Shown here one piece after another: positions 39,603 to 50,015 of a DNA stretch of 64,000 nt. The translations under genes were made by a program, and so were the position numbers. The first letter of the stretch is position 1. The number at the start of each line of letters is the position of its first letter. Under the pieces are notes generated by a model that did not search any database, was not told the DNA's origin, and saw only the letters and a list, made by a program, of their open reading frames with translations. Source of the DNA: a virus (Duplodnaviria > Caudoviricetes); IMG/VR virus record IMGVR_UViG_3300031555_004349, positions 32,001-96,000 of that record. One strand, written 5' to 3'.

Positions 39603-41309
39603 CTAAGAAACTGTCCAACCTTTATTAGTTGCTATTGCGATTTCTTCTTCTGTTAATTTTGCTAAATTTGTTGCAGTAAGCACTAATTGTTGAGTGTATA
39701 ATGTACCTCCATTAGCCACATCATAAGTTAAATTTAAATCATAAAGATTATTAATAATATTCATTAAACTATCATGTGATAATGATGTGTCATACGTAAA
39801 ATCTAATTTATATTTAGCGTAATTAGCAGTAGTTTGAGTATACGCTTTTCCAATATTTTTTATACCACCAAAATTAGTTAATTGATTACAACTTCTAAAA
39901 GCATTTTCTATATTTATCATAGAAGAACCATCTATTTCAGGTAAAGTTGTTATACCAGTACTATAAAAAGCACTAGAAAAATCAGTAACTTTGCTTAAAT
40001 TAAGTTGGTCAGCTATTATTTCTTTTACTGTGCTATAATAACACATATTTCTTGCATTGGTTACTTTACTTAAATCGCAATTACTTAAATTAATTGTTTT
40101 TAACCCAAAAGTACAATTAAATGTTTGATATAAATTAGTAACATTATTTAAACTACAAGTGCTTAAATCTATTTCTGTTAGACCTGTACCAGCGAAAGCG
40201 CAAGATAAATTTTTAACCGAACTGAAATTACAATTAGTTAAATTTATAGAAGCCAACGCTCCACAACTTTCTAAAAATCCATTAATGTCTGTTGCTTTTG
40301 AAAAATCCAAATTACTTAAATCTAAAATAGTTAATGACCCCATTTTAGAAAATGCAAGTCCACCTTCTATAACATTATGAAAATCGCAACCTTGTAAATT
40401 TAATTCTGCAATATTTGAACAATTATAACACATTTTAATTATTTTTGTACAATTGCTGAAATCAATTCTACTTAAATCCAAACTAGTTAATATAGTATTT
40501 CCTTCATACATTGAAGTTGCATCCGTAATGCTGTCTAAATATTCAACAATTTCTGTTTCATTATCGGTACGAGCATTATTTGAGAATAAATAAGCACCAC
40601 TTGTTAATTTTAATGTTGTAGGAGCAACTGTTTCGGCAGTTCCTTCTATTCCTAAAATTGTATTTCCTTTAACAAGTTTTTCTGGTGTTAACTCAAGAAG
40701 TTCTGCTAATTCATCGTTATATATGTTATATTTTATACTCGTGTTTGGTCCAACATAAAAATATCCTTGAGCAAAAGGTTTACCTTTTACTTGAATACCA
40801 GTATTACTAGAGTTATTGGTTAATTCATCATAATAACTTTCTATTCCACCGTATTGGAAATTACGCAACGTACCTATTATTTTTTCTCCATTAACATAAG
40901 CTGTTTTTCCTTCTAATAAATATTGTGCTTCACCATCCGCATCAGCTGTAAAAGTTCCTTCCATTTCTAAAACTGTTTCACCAGCCTTTAATTTGTCAGC
41001 GGTTAAACCAATTGTATCTGCCATATCTGTAAAAGGCATATGAATTTGATATTTCATTCCATCATCAATAGCCATAGGACCCGGTTTTAAATCAACCCAC
41101 ACACTTGACCATCCATTTGGAATATAAGGTTTCTTTTGATAACCCATTGCATGAGAACCTCTTTTATCAGGAATAGTTCCTTCAATTTTCCCATTTGGTC
41201 CATAGGCTGTAACACCCTCTACTAAGTCCGTAGGAGTAACAGTAGCATCAGTTGTATCAGTTCCATTATTAACTGATTTTAATAATTTATAAAGTTTATA
41301 ATTCTCCAT
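39603..41309 (-). CDS. Fibre-like N-terminal repeats fused to a BspA/DUF285-like LRR domain
   Basis: DAT...DLVEGVTAY..G.KI.GT repeats; LDLS..DFS.VT...(M)F LRR repeats; ends IATNKGWTVS. Confidence 0.65.
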   Translation of the reverse strand: MENYKLYKLLKSVNNGTDTTDATVTPTDLVEGVTAYGPNGKIEGTIPDKRGSHAMGYQKKPYIPNGWSSVWVDLKPGPMAIDDGMKYQIHMPFTDMADTIGLTADKLKAGETVLEMEGTFTADADGEAQYLLEGKTAYVNGEKIIGTLRNFQYGGIESYYDELTNNSSNTGIQVKGKPFAQGYFYVGPNTSIKYNIYNDELAELLELTPEKLVKGNTILGIEGTAETVAPTTLKLTSGAYLFSNNARTDNETEIVEYLDSITDATSMYEGNTILTSLDLSRIDFSNCTKIIKMCYNCSNIAELNLQGCDFHNVIEGGLAFSKMGSLTILDLSNLDFSKATDINGFLESCGALASINLTNCNFSSVKNLSCAFAGTGLTEIDLSTCSLNNVTNLYQTFNCTFGLKTINLSNCDLSKVTNARNMCYYSTVKEIIADQLNLSKVTDFSSAFYSTGITTLPEIDGSSMINIENAFRSCNQLTNFGGIKNIGKAYTQTTANYAKYKLDFTYDTSLSHDSLMNIINNLYDLNLTYDVANGGTLYTQQLVLTATNLAKLTEEEIAIATNKGWTVS

Positions 41310-41310
41310 A

Positions 41311-41625
41311 TTAGTTATCCTCCAATGTGAAAACTATAACTCCTGTTGCAGGAACTTCTGACCTTACAGAACGAACCTTAATTATATTATTTGTACTATA
41401 TAAAGTATTTTCAATTAAATCATTCCAAGTTGTATAGTTTATTTTAATTCTTGTATCTTTAGAAAATACATCAACATTTGCATAAAAACCATTTTGAGTT
41501 AATTTATCATATTCCTCTTCGCTATCCGCACTTAATATATCATAAAGTACAGCTTTAACTTCAGGAAGTTCTAAAATTTCTTGGTCATTTTCTGTTGTTG
41601 TAAATTTTATATTTCTTGCAAACAT
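41311..41625 (-). CDS. Hypothetical protein
   Basis: AAGGAGG RBS. Confidence 0.6.
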   Translation of the reverse strand: MFARNIKFTTTENDQEILELPEVKAVLYDILSADSEEEYDKLTQNGFYANVDVFSKDTRIKINYTTWNDLIENTLYSTNNIIKVRSVRSEVPATGVIVFTLEDN

Positions 41626-41657
41626 TTAAATTCCTCCTTCTTTATTTTTATAAATAA

Positions 41658-41685
41658 AAAGAGAAAGTTATTAAACTTTCTCTTT
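41658..41685 (-). terminator. Intrinsic terminator
   Basis: AAAGAGAAAGTT-atta-AACTTTCTCTTT. Confidence 0.6.
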
Positions 41686-41689
41686 ATAA

Positions 41690-42250
41690 TTAAGCTAATT
41701 TAATTTGATGAACTGTACCATTTACATCTTTCATCATTATATATTTTATATTATGAACTACTCCACTTGTATCTTTAACTCTTACATAAGGGCATCTTCT
41801 TGCCACTCCGCTAGTATCTTTTACCATTACATATCCTTGCGTTAATTGAATTTGCGCAGGTGCAACAGTTACAGTAGCACTACCAGATTTTAATGAATAT
41901 GTACCTGTTGCTGTAGTTGTGAATGAACCTGATTTGCTTGCGGAATAATTACCATTTGAGTCATGAGTAACTGTTATACTTCTTGTACCAAAAACTTGCC
42001 AAGTATTAGTATCTCTCATATCAAATGAAGCAGCTGATAATGCAGTTCCGTCTATTGTGGTTGTTTGTTTATAACCATAAGTATAATAACTAGAACTAAT
42101 AGACCTAACTTCTAATTGCAATGTGATAGTAGAATAACCTACTCCATCAGTAATATATTGATTAGTAACTTCATAACCTAATCTACATTGATATTCAGTT
42201 CTTGTAGAACCACCTGCAGCTTTACAGTTTGTTGTTGAACCATAAGTCAT
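41690..42250 (-). CDS. DUF859 N-terminal-like structural protein
   Basis: SITVTHDSNGNYS segment parallels ITHDADGAKS in 3422-7429. Confidence 0.5.
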   Translation of the reverse strand: MTYGSTTNCKAAGGSTRTEYQCRLGYEVTNQYITDGVGYSTITLQLEVRSISSSYYTYGYKQTTTIDGTALSAASFDMRDTNTWQVFGTRSITVTHDSNGNYSASKSGSFTTTATGTYSLKSGSATVTVAPAQIQLTQGYVMVKDTSGVARRCPYVRVKDTSGVVHNIKYIMMKDVNGTVHQIKLA

Positions 42251-42260
42251 AAGCTACCTC

Positions 42261-43841
42261 CTATTCCCAACAGAACATAACTGTTCCAGCTGGATAACCA
42301 GAATAGTATGAATTCCAAGTTGAAATTGAATTCATATAAACATTTCTTACTGACTCATCGTCACTATAACAAAAATTACTCCAACTTGTCCAAGCTCCGC
42401 TACCATAATTTTTTCTAAATTCTATTATTTTATGATTGGCAGTCAAACTGGTAACAATTTGCATACCATAGCTATTTCCATCACTACCTCCACCACGATG
42501 GCGAATATTTATTATATTATACCAAGTGCTTTGAGCGGTATGATATACACTTCCCATAAAAGAATTAGTTAATAAAGTAGAATTTTCCCAGCTGTCAATA
42601 TTCCATGCACCTGATTTTACATAACCATACCAGTCTGCTAATTGCGTTGCAGTAGAAGCATTTCCACTTAAATTTCCACTAAAGGTTGGTGCGCTAACCG
42701 TTCCAGGAAAACTAGTATTTCCACTACCATCTAATAAATACGCCGTTCTTGCAACATTGGCTCCAATAGCAGCCGCACTTGCGTAAGAACCACTATATTG
42801 TCTAACTAAGATAGGCTCCATTCCATCGTCTCCAGTGGCAATTTCTAAAAAGCTGTCATTACTAGAATTTTGACTTCCACGAATTACCCAATCATCGTTA
42901 TCTCCTATATATCCTACAATTCCTCTCCAAGTACCAGCATTTGAACCAGTATTTGGAAAAGCTATTATATTACCTGCAGTAATATTTCCACCAATTGAAA
43001 AATTACCGTTTAAGGACATATTACCTGAGCCATCGGTGCTGAATGTTTGCGTTACTGAGCCAGAATAAGGTGCAAAAGCTAAACTCGTTGCTCCGTTTGC
43101 TCCTTTTATTACTAAAGTTCCAGCAATATCTTGGTCACCAATATAGACATCATCTCCAACTGGATTTAAAACACTATTCGCAAAATGGATAGGATTGTAA
43201 GCAACTACTCCATTATTTGCATAAACTGCGCCACCAACATGTAAATTACCATTTGGAATATGAACACTCATATCATCATTATAAAATCTAATAATAGAGT
43301 TGCTATTTTTTCCACTCCAAAATTGAGCATAAGTACCTGTATAATTACTAGTAGTTCCTACTGCATCTTCTATTCCTAAATCAAAACTCCATTCTTGGTC
43401 ATTTGCAGTTGCTTTCATAAAAATATTATTTGGTGCACTCCATAACCAATTTCCAGTATTTTCTAAATAAGGAACAATTAAATTTCCTGTAAGTGTTCCA
43501 CCTGTTAAAGGTAATTTAGTTGGGTCACTGGCCTCTGCTGTAATTGTTATATCTTGTGTTCCATCAAAAGCAACGCCATTAATAGTCCTTGCTGTTATTA
43601 ATTTTGTTGCGCTTGTTGCATTTCCAATAAAATTAGTTGCTGTTATATTTCCATCGATACTACCACCTGTTAAAGGTAAGTATTGAGAAAATTTCTCATT
43701 TAAAATTCTTCCTGAATTTGCACTTAATGCACTAGAAGTGCTTGTGCTTGTAAAACCGTCTACTACTTCAATTAAGTCCGCTAATAATGAAAGAGGAACA
43801 TATTGTCCAGTAGTTGGGTCTTTATATTTGATTACTGCCAT
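42261..43841 (-). CDS. Tail-fibre-like protein
   Basis: ALSANSG, YLPLTGG, ATKLITARTINGVAFDGTQDIT and FLEIATGDDG.EPI.VRQY fibre motifs. Confidence 0.75.
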   Translation of the reverse strand: MAVIKYKDPTTGQYVPLSLLADLIEVVDGFTSTSTSSALSANSGRILNEKFSQYLPLTGGSIDGNITATNFIGNATSATKLITARTINGVAFDGTQDITITAEASDPTKLPLTGGTLTGNLIVPYLENTGNWLWSAPNNIFMKATANDQEWSFDLGIEDAVGTTSNYTGTYAQFWSGKNSNSIIRFYNDDMSVHIPNGNLHVGGAVYANNGVVAYNPIHFANSVLNPVGDDVYIGDQDIAGTLVIKGANGATSLAFAPYSGSVTQTFSTDGSGNMSLNGNFSIGGNITAGNIIAFPNTGSNAGTWRGIVGYIGDNDDWVIRGSQNSSNDSFLEIATGDDGMEPILVRQYSGSYASAAAIGANVARTAYLLDGSGNTSFPGTVSAPTFSGNLSGNASTATQLADWYGYVKSGAWNIDSWENSTLLTNSFMGSVYHTAQSTWYNIINIRHRGGGSDGNSYGMQIVTSLTANHKIIEFRKNYGSGAWTSWSNFCYSDDESVRNVYMNSISTWNSYYSGYPAGTVMFCWE

Positions 43842-43855
43842 TTGTTATTCCTCCT

Positions 43856-44539
43856 TTAAAAAACTTTTTTGAAATATATATCAAATGAGCCTTCTGCTCC
43901 CCAAGCTATATTATCAGTAACTTGTAATTTGATATTTTGTTCTGCACTTGCAGAAGTTCTAGCAATTCTAAAACGAACATTGTGTCCATTTGAGGCGTGA
44001 CCAGCTTTAGACAGAGGTATTTCATCTGCTACACCACTGTTAGTAGACCCATTATGCCAAGCTACAATTCCTGCCATTTTTTCAGACCACAATCCTTGAT
44101 TTTCACAGTTTATAGTTTGTATATAAATAATATAAACACCATCTGGTAAATGAGAACCTAAAATTCCTGTGTCATACCAAGTTTCAGCCTCAGTAATTTG
44201 AAGTGTGACTCTTTTACTATAATAAACATTATCACTGGTTAGTAAATTAGTTGGTACGACTCTATGTTGTATTGTTCCGTTAACATTTACTAATAACCAA
44301 GTATCTGTCGTATTTTCTGTACTTACGTCCCAAGTAAAACCATTAGTTTTTCCAATAAAATTTGGACTTTCTAAACTTCCAGTTAATGCGCCACCCGTTA
44401 ATGGTAAATAATTATTTATTTTTTCATTTAATACTTTTCCTTGATTTGCACTTAAAGCATCTGTTTTACTCGTGCTTGTTAATTTATCTATAACAGTAGC
44501 AATTAATCCTGCTGACTGTCCAATTTTTTTAATTTTCAT
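43856..44539 (-). CDS. Short fibre-like protein
   Basis: DALSANQGKVL...YLPLTGG shared with 42261-43841. Confidence 0.65.
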   Translation of the reverse strand: MKIKKIGQSAGLIATVIDKLTSTSKTDALSANQGKVLNEKINNYLPLTGGALTGSLESPNFIGKTNGFTWDVSTENTTDTWLLVNVNGTIQHRVVPTNLLTSDNVYYSKRVTLQITEAETWYDTGILGSHLPDGVYIIYIQTINCENQGLWSEKMAGIVAWHNGSTNSGVADEIPLSKAGHASNGHNVRFRIARTSASAEQNIKLQVTDNIAWGAEGSFDIYFKKVF

Positions 44540-44553
44540 TAATTGCTACCTCC

Positions 44554-45948
44554 TTATTCTAAATTTAATTCATCATATACTAACAAATAAATTTTATATA
44601 TTCTAAATTGTGCACCTGAGCCAAATAATGGAGAAACTTGAATCCAAGCATGATAATTTACAGGAGTTAATCTAGATATGTCAATATCTTTATTTATAGA
44701 AATAGCTCTAATTCCATCTGCTATAGACCCCCATCTATCTGCAAAAGCAAAATCTTCTCCTGATAAAACAGCTCCTGGAGTTTCTGGATTTTCAAAATCG
44801 TAATCAGAAAAACGAAGATATAGATAACTGTCAGGAATATGAGTATTAGTATACTCCATACATAAATCATATTTTCTAGTGAAACCTTCTTTTAAAGGAA
44901 ATTTATCATCAATTTCTTCTATAATACTATATCTGATACCTAAATTATGGTATGAACCATTTTCTGTTCCATAATAATTTCCTTCCCATAAAATATATTC
45001 TCCAACTGGATTTTTACTTATTTGATTAAACAAATCATTAATTGTACCCGCATCATAAAAATTTTCATATTCTCCACTACTATTTAATATAGAAAGTTTT
45101 TTACTAATTTTACTATAAGGAACCCACTCAGTTGCAGTCAAACCTTTTTCAATTTGAATATTTAGAGGATAATTATTATAAGTTATCCCAGTAGTTGTTC
45201 TTATTTGAACTTGAATACTGTCAAACTTTGATAAGTCAGCAGTAAAAGTATAGCTATTTAAACCGTTCCAAAGTTCTTCATAAGCATCATAAGTATTAGT
45301 TCCATCTTTATAGCTACGAATAAAAATTATTAATTCATTTGTACTTGAAGCATTTGCAGAAACTGTATAAGTTTCTCCATTTTCTAAATCATCAAAAATT
45401 ACATAAGAATTGGTTAAACTATTAGCTGTACCATTCATATAAACATTATCATTAACTACTGATAATTGTACTCCATCTAAAGAATCTCCATTAAAATCGG
45501 CAGGATTAAATAGATTTTTTCTTCCTACATTAAACCAAATTTCTTCTTTATTTTTGGGTGTATCAGCTTGTAAAGCGACTTCTACCTGCTCCACTTCTTC
45601 CCAATTTGCAGGAGCTTCCGTTCCATCGTAATCAACAATCGCGCCAACTGGCAAAGTGTCTCCAACTGGCTGAACGTAATCTGTTCCTACATCTTCAGAA
45701 GTGTCTATCCATATATTACTTCCATTTGTAGGCTCTGTATCAGACACGGTAACTGCGTCGAGAGTAATTATCTCCCACGCAGTTCCTGCTGCATTACTTA
45801 TATATAAATCATCATTATATCTTAAAATTAAATTTTTATTTTTTGTAGTTATCGTAGGTAAACTATCAACATCTACAATACTATTAAAATTAGTAGCCTT
45901 TAGCTTTTCTAAAATATAAGCTAAATTATCTTGGCTAACGACTTTCAT
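44554..45948 (-). CDS. Structural/fibre protein with putative carbohydrate-binding region
   Basis: GDTLPVGAIVDYDG..AP.NWE collar-like motif; GRKNLF...IQIEKG..AT.W.PY. Confidence 0.55.
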   Translation of the reverse strand: MKVVSQDNLAYILEKLKATNFNSIVDVDSLPTITTKNKNLILRYNDDLYISNAAGTAWEIITLDAVTVSDTEPTNGSNIWIDTSEDVGTDYVQPVGDTLPVGAIVDYDGTEAPANWEEVEQVEVALQADTPKNKEEIWFNVGRKNLFNPADFNGDSLDGVQLSVVNDNVYMNGTANSLTNSYVIFDDLENGETYTVSANASSTNELIIFIRSYKDGTNTYDAYEELWNGLNSYTFTADLSKFDSIQVQIRTTTGITYNNYPLNIQIEKGLTATEWVPYSKISKKLSILNSSGEYENFYDAGTINDLFNQISKNPVGEYILWEGNYYGTENGSYHNLGIRYSIIEEIDDKFPLKEGFTRKYDLCMEYTNTHIPDSYLYLRFSDYDFENPETPGAVLSGEDFAFADRWGSIADGIRAISINKDIDISRLTPVNYHAWIQVSPLFGSGAQFRIYKIYLLVYDELNLE

Positions 45949-45967
45949 AATTTACCTCCTTCAGTTC

Positions 45968-47275
45968 TTATTCAGCTTGTGCAAATATATCGTCTATTTC
46001 AGCATTTGTTAAAGCTGTTAAATCACTTGTTTTAACATAACCACTTAAATCTAATTCAGTTGTTCCAAATAATTCCCAATTGTTGTTAACATATAAGTAT
46101 TCGTCATAAATATTTGGATTTGAACCTGAGTTAGCTATTAAATAAATTGTACCTTTAACACCTGTTGTAGGTAATTCTGTAACTACTTGATAATCAAATT
46201 GAGTTACTCCTGCAATAGCTGAACTAATTTGTCCTGTTACATATGTTTTTGTAGCCATATCTGTTGTAGCTGTAGATATAGCATTATTCATTTGAGTTGT
46301 AGTAACTTTATCAGCTGTAGCTGCTGTTACTTTATCTGTAACTTGAGCTTCTGTTTGGAAACTACTATCATTTGTTAAATCACTTGTTTTTGTTGGAACT
46401 GTGATATTAACTATTTTATTATTAATCGCTTGTTCAGTTCCGTTAACTTGAATTTTTTCAATTAAGTTAACTTGAGCATTTGTTTCTACTCCAGCTAATT
46501 TAGTTTTTTCTGTAGTTGTGTAATTATTATCAGTATGAACATAACTTGCGTCTGTAACAAAGTTTCCATCATTATCTAAATCAGATAAAGCTGTTGGAAC
46601 TTCAATATCAACACTTTTACTTGTTATTGTTTGCGCTGTTCCATTAACTTTGATTGTTTCTATTTTATTAACTTGAGCGTTTTCTTCAATTCCTGATAAT
46701 TTTATACCTTGTTCAGAAACTTCTTCGTTAATTGCTGTCAAAGCTGTATTAACTTCAGTTTTTGTCATATATTCTGAATCATTTGTTAATTCAGAAACTT
46801 TTGTAGGTACTTTAATATCAACTGCTTTGTCTGTTATTGTTTGAGCAGTACCATTTACTTTAATACTTTCAATAGTATTAACTTGCGCATTTTCAGCAAT
46901 TCCAGCCAATTTATTTTTTTCAGCTGTTGTATAATCATTTGTTGATAAACCTTTGCCAGAAACTTTATCAACTTTTCCACTTAAGCCAGTTGTTAATGCT
47001 TCATTTGTAGCATAATCTCCAGCTGCTTGAATTCCTAAATCGGCTAATGTATTATTTGTTCCTAATTCAACACCATTAATTTTTGGTTTATTAGTTAAAT
47101 CAGCATAAACACCTGAGAAAGTACTGTCTCCAGCGTTCATTAATTTTTCTAACAATTCATTAGTTAAGTCGTTTGTAGATAATCCTTTACCTTCAACTTT
47201 ATCTACTTTATTTCCTAACCAGCCTTTAATAGCTTTAACGACATAAAGTAAACCATTCTCGTCTAAATATCTCAT
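45968..47275 (-). CDS. Head/tail fibre protein with KVDKVEGKGLSTND and AQVN.IE.IKVNGT repeats
   Basis: Three AQVN-x-IE-x-I(K/Q)VNGT repeats; two GKGLSTND; C-terminal YDEYLYVNNNWELFG. Confidence 0.7.
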   Translation of the reverse strand: MRYLDENGLLYVVKAIKGWLGNKVDKVEGKGLSTNDLTNELLEKLMNAGDSTFSGVYADLTNKPKINGVELGTNNTLADLGIQAAGDYATNEALTTGLSGKVDKVSGKGLSTNDYTTAEKNKLAGIAENAQVNTIESIKVNGTAQTITDKAVDIKVPTKVSELTNDSEYMTKTEVNTALTAINEEVSEQGIKLSGIEENAQVNKIETIKVNGTAQTITSKSVDIEVPTALSDLDNDGNFVTDASYVHTDNNYTTTEKTKLAGVETNAQVNLIEKIQVNGTEQAINNKIVNITVPTKTSDLTNDSSFQTEAQVTDKVTAATADKVTTTQMNNAISTATTDMATKTYVTGQISSAIAGVTQFDYQVVTELPTTGVKGTIYLIANSGSNPNIYDEYLYVNNNWELFGTTELDLSGYVKTSDLTALTNAEIDDIFAQAE

Positions 47276-47287
47276 TTAATTTCCCTC

Positions 47288-47521
47288 CTATATTGCGCTT
47301 TTTAAAATCTTTTCGATTTCAAAGTTACTTAAAGTAACCGCACCAAGTTCTTCAAAAGTTTTGTTTCCTTCTAAAACTACATCTTCTATACTTGGCTTAT
47401 CTTTTAAATTGTCATAATCTGTTTCAACTTCTTGTTTTGTGTAAGTTGTACCAAATTTAACACTTTTATCTCCACTTCCTATAGTAACAGAGGCTTTATT
47501 ACTTTTTACTACAACTGCCAT
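47288..47521 (-). CDS. Small structural protein
   Basis: DYDNLKDKPSI..V.L.GNKT.EELG matches a segment of 45968-47275. Confidence 0.55.
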   Translation of the reverse strand: MAVVVKSNKASVTIGSGDKSVKFGTTYTKQEVETDYDNLKDKPSIEDVVLEGNKTFEELGAVTLSNFEIEKILKSAI

Positions 47522-47525
47522 AGCA

Positions 47526-47840
47526 TTACCCCCTTTTTACTTTGAAGATATTATTTGCAGTTAGAGTATCTAATAAATAACCCTCTCTATATTGTTTTAA
47601 ACTCCAAAGGTAAGTACCTTTAGAAAGTTTTGCACTTTCTTCTTTTGTCAAGAAGAAAATAAAAGAATCATCTTCAGAAAGTTCTATTTCTTTGTTAATT
47701 ATTTCTTGATGTCTTACTGTTTTAATAATAACTTTTAAAATATCTCCGTCTAAAATCTCTCCTTTTTCAACATTTATAGGAAGTCTTTCACCATAGTCGC
47801 CTTCAAACATTGCGATGTTAAGACCGTTTATACTAAACAT
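47526..47840 (-). CDS. BppU-N-like baseplate/adaptor domain protein
   Basis: GDY..L.I...F.LT.EES..L..GTY.W pattern. Confidence 0.45.
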   Translation of the reverse strand: MFSINGLNIAMFEGDYGERLPINVEKGEILDGDILKVIIKTVRHQEIINKEIELSEDDSFIFFLTKEESAKLSKGTYLWSLKQYREGYLLDTLTANNIFKVKRG

Positions 47841-47850
47841 AGTATCCCTC

Positions 47851-48045
47851 CTATTTGTTTTCTAGTACTTCAATTCTTTCTTCTAATTCAATAATTCTTT
47901 CTTCAACCTGTTCCCATCTAGCATTACCAGCTGCCTTTTGGTCATCATAATTAGCTATATGGACAATGTTAGTTGTTAAGTCAATTACTACTGCAACAAG
48001 TAATAACATAAGAACTATAATAGTCTTGTGTGTATTATCTTTCAT
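47851..48045 (-). CDS. Small membrane protein with coiled coil
   Basis: N-terminal TM; GGAGG RBS. Confidence 0.6.
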   Translation of the reverse strand: MKDNTHKTIIVLMLLLVAVVIDLTTNIVHIANYDDQKAAGNARWEQVEERIIELEERIEVLENK

Positions 48046-48079
48046 AACTAAATCCTCCTTACGACTAAAAGAGAAGACT

Positions 48080-48232
48080 TTAATTTTCTTCTCTATCTTT
48101 TTTAATTTCTACACTAATTTCATTTGATATTTCTTCTTTAAATAGGTTTAATAAATCTGCTTCTTTTAGTTCGATTATTTCTGGCTTTTTGTGTAAGAAA
48201 AGTTTTCTTTTCATATTTTCATAAAGCCACAT
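48080..48232 (-). CDS. Small hypothetical protein
   Basis: Start MWLYEN with AAGGAG RBS; the longer track ORF overlaps the M23 gene. Confidence 0.45.
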   Translation of the reverse strand: MWLYENMKRKLFLHKKPEIIELKEADLLNLFKEEISNEISVEIKKDREEN

Positions 48233-48245
48233 TGAAAAAATCTCC

Positions 48246-49202
48246 TTATAAATAATTTTGTGGGTTTTTAAATTTCCCGTTAACAATAAATTCAATATGC
48301 AAATGTGGTCCTGTTGAACGACCAGTTGACCCTGAGCGCGCAATTATATATCCTTGCGCAACTTTTTGTCCTTTTTTAACTAATACTTTACTGTTATGTG
48401 AATAAGTAGTAACTACTCCATTAGAGTGTTGTATTTTTACTTGATATCCATAAGTTCCATTCCAACCTGCAAATGTGACTGTGCCTGCGGCAACAGCAAA
48501 AACAGGTGAATTTGAAGCTACTCCAATATCAAGTCCACTATGTAAAGTATATTTTCCAGTTGTTGGATGTGTTCTATATCCAAACTTAGAAGTAATTCTT
48601 GTTGAAGTTGTGGGCCAAATATATTTTTTATTTGAAGTTGTTCTAGTAGTTCCACTACGAGAAGTTGTGTTTGCATATTTTTTAATAACTTCAGATTTAG
48701 TTTTTGTAATTGTTTGACTATCAAAAACTAAAGTTTTATCTTCCGTTTTAAATTCTTCGATTGTAATTTCAGTTGACTTTTTTACATCATTTTTTAATTC
48801 TTTTACTAGCTTTTCAGCTTCTTCATTTGTTTGTACATAAAATTTAACTTCTTTGTTTACTTTTATTGAATAAATTATATATTCTTTTGTAAGTTGATTT
48901 TCTATAAGAATATAGTTGTCTATACTTTTTAGAAATTTTGTTTTTACAAAAACTCTTTCAAATTTTGGTTCTTCAGCTAAATATTTATTTACTTTTAAAG
49001 TTTCTTGAGAGTCTTGATTTATAACCTCATTATATACTTCATTGTATTCTTCAATTGTTTTGTAGTAGCCTATTAAATTATCATTATAAGTTACTTTATA
49101 ATAAGGTTTAAAAAAGAGTAATGTAAAAAATAAAATAAATCCTGCAATTGTTAAAACACTGCTAGAAATAATTTTTAGCAGGATTTTTATATTTTCTTTC
49201 AT
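48246..49202 (-). CDS. Membrane-anchored M23 family peptidase
   Basis: N-terminal TM; HSGLDIG, YSHNS, GSTGRSTGPHLH. Confidence 0.9.
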   Translation of the reverse strand: MKENIKILLKIISSSVLTIAGFILFFTLLFFKPYYKVTYNDNLIGYYKTIEEYNEVYNEVINQDSQETLKVNKYLAEEPKFERVFVKTKFLKSIDNYILIENQLTKEYIIYSIKVNKEVKFYVQTNEEAEKLVKELKNDVKKSTEITIEEFKTEDKTLVFDSQTITKTKSEVIKKYANTTSRSGTTRTTSNKKYIWPTTSTRITSKFGYRTHPTTGKYTLHSGLDIGVASNSPVFAVAAGTVTFAGWNGTYGYQVKIQHSNGVVTTYSHNSKVLVKKGQKVAQGYIIARSGSTGRSTGPHLHIEFIVNGKFKNPQNYL

Positions 49203-49243
49203 ATATTCACCTCAATTGTTTTTTATTAAAGCCAACTTAAATA

Positions 49244-49945
49244 TTAATGTAAAGGTTCAACTTCTTTTCCCCTATACATTGTACCTGTTAATTCACCATT
49301 TAGATTTTTTAAAGTTTTTTCTGCGTCCATTAAAGTAAAATAACAAGCGTCCATAATACTATTTAAAACCGCATATTCTTTTTCTACAATAGTTGAAAAT
49401 ACACTACTAGATTCAATATCACTAATTGTATTTAATACATAATCGTGTCTTTTACTATTCCATAAATTGAATTTCTCAATTACAATTTCAGGTATTCCTT
49501 CTTCTTTCATTTTGATGCTAGAATCTTTAACAATTGCATTAGCTGCATTGTAATTACAAGCTAAGAAATTTTCTTCTGTAATATCTTTGCCTAATAATAA
49601 TTCTACTTCTTCTTCAGCAGTTTTATAAAAAATAGTAAGAACTTCTCTAAAAATTTCAGTTCTAACAGGTCCACCTATTCTAGTAATTGGAAGTTTAGTA
49701 TCTATAATACTATTAATCTTATTAGAAAAAGGATGCAGCGTTTTTAAACATTTGACTGAGTCATATTGTAATTCGTGTACTTCTGTGGTAACAGCTACAG
49801 TTGTAGTTTCAGATGGATTGTCTTTATTTTTTCCGCCATCTATTAGTTTAGAAAAGTATTTTACTAATAAATAAATAACTGCACCTATGATAGCAAGAGA
49901 AACTCCTGTATCTTGAATGACACTCATTATTTCCGTCCAAGTCAT
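49244..49945 (-). CDS. Membrane protein with N-terminal TM
   Basis: GVSLAIIGAVIYLLVKYF TM; GGAGG RBS. Confidence 0.6.
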   Translation of the reverse strand: MTWTEIMSVIQDTGVSLAIIGAVIYLLVKYFSKLIDGGKNKDNPSETTTVAVTTEVHELQYDSVKCLKTLHPFSNKINSIIDTKLPITRIGGPVRTEIFREVLTIFYKTAEEEVELLLGKDITEENFLACNYNAANAIVKDSSIKMKEEGIPEIVIEKFNLWNSKRHDYVLNTISDIESSSVFSTIVEKEYAVLNSIMDACYFTLMDAEKTLKNLNGELTGTMYRGKEVEPLH

Positions 49946-50015
49946 TCTAAAAACACCTCCAAAATATATTCTTCCATATATAAGTGTAACTTTATTTTGG
50001 AGAGAGTAAAAAGTT

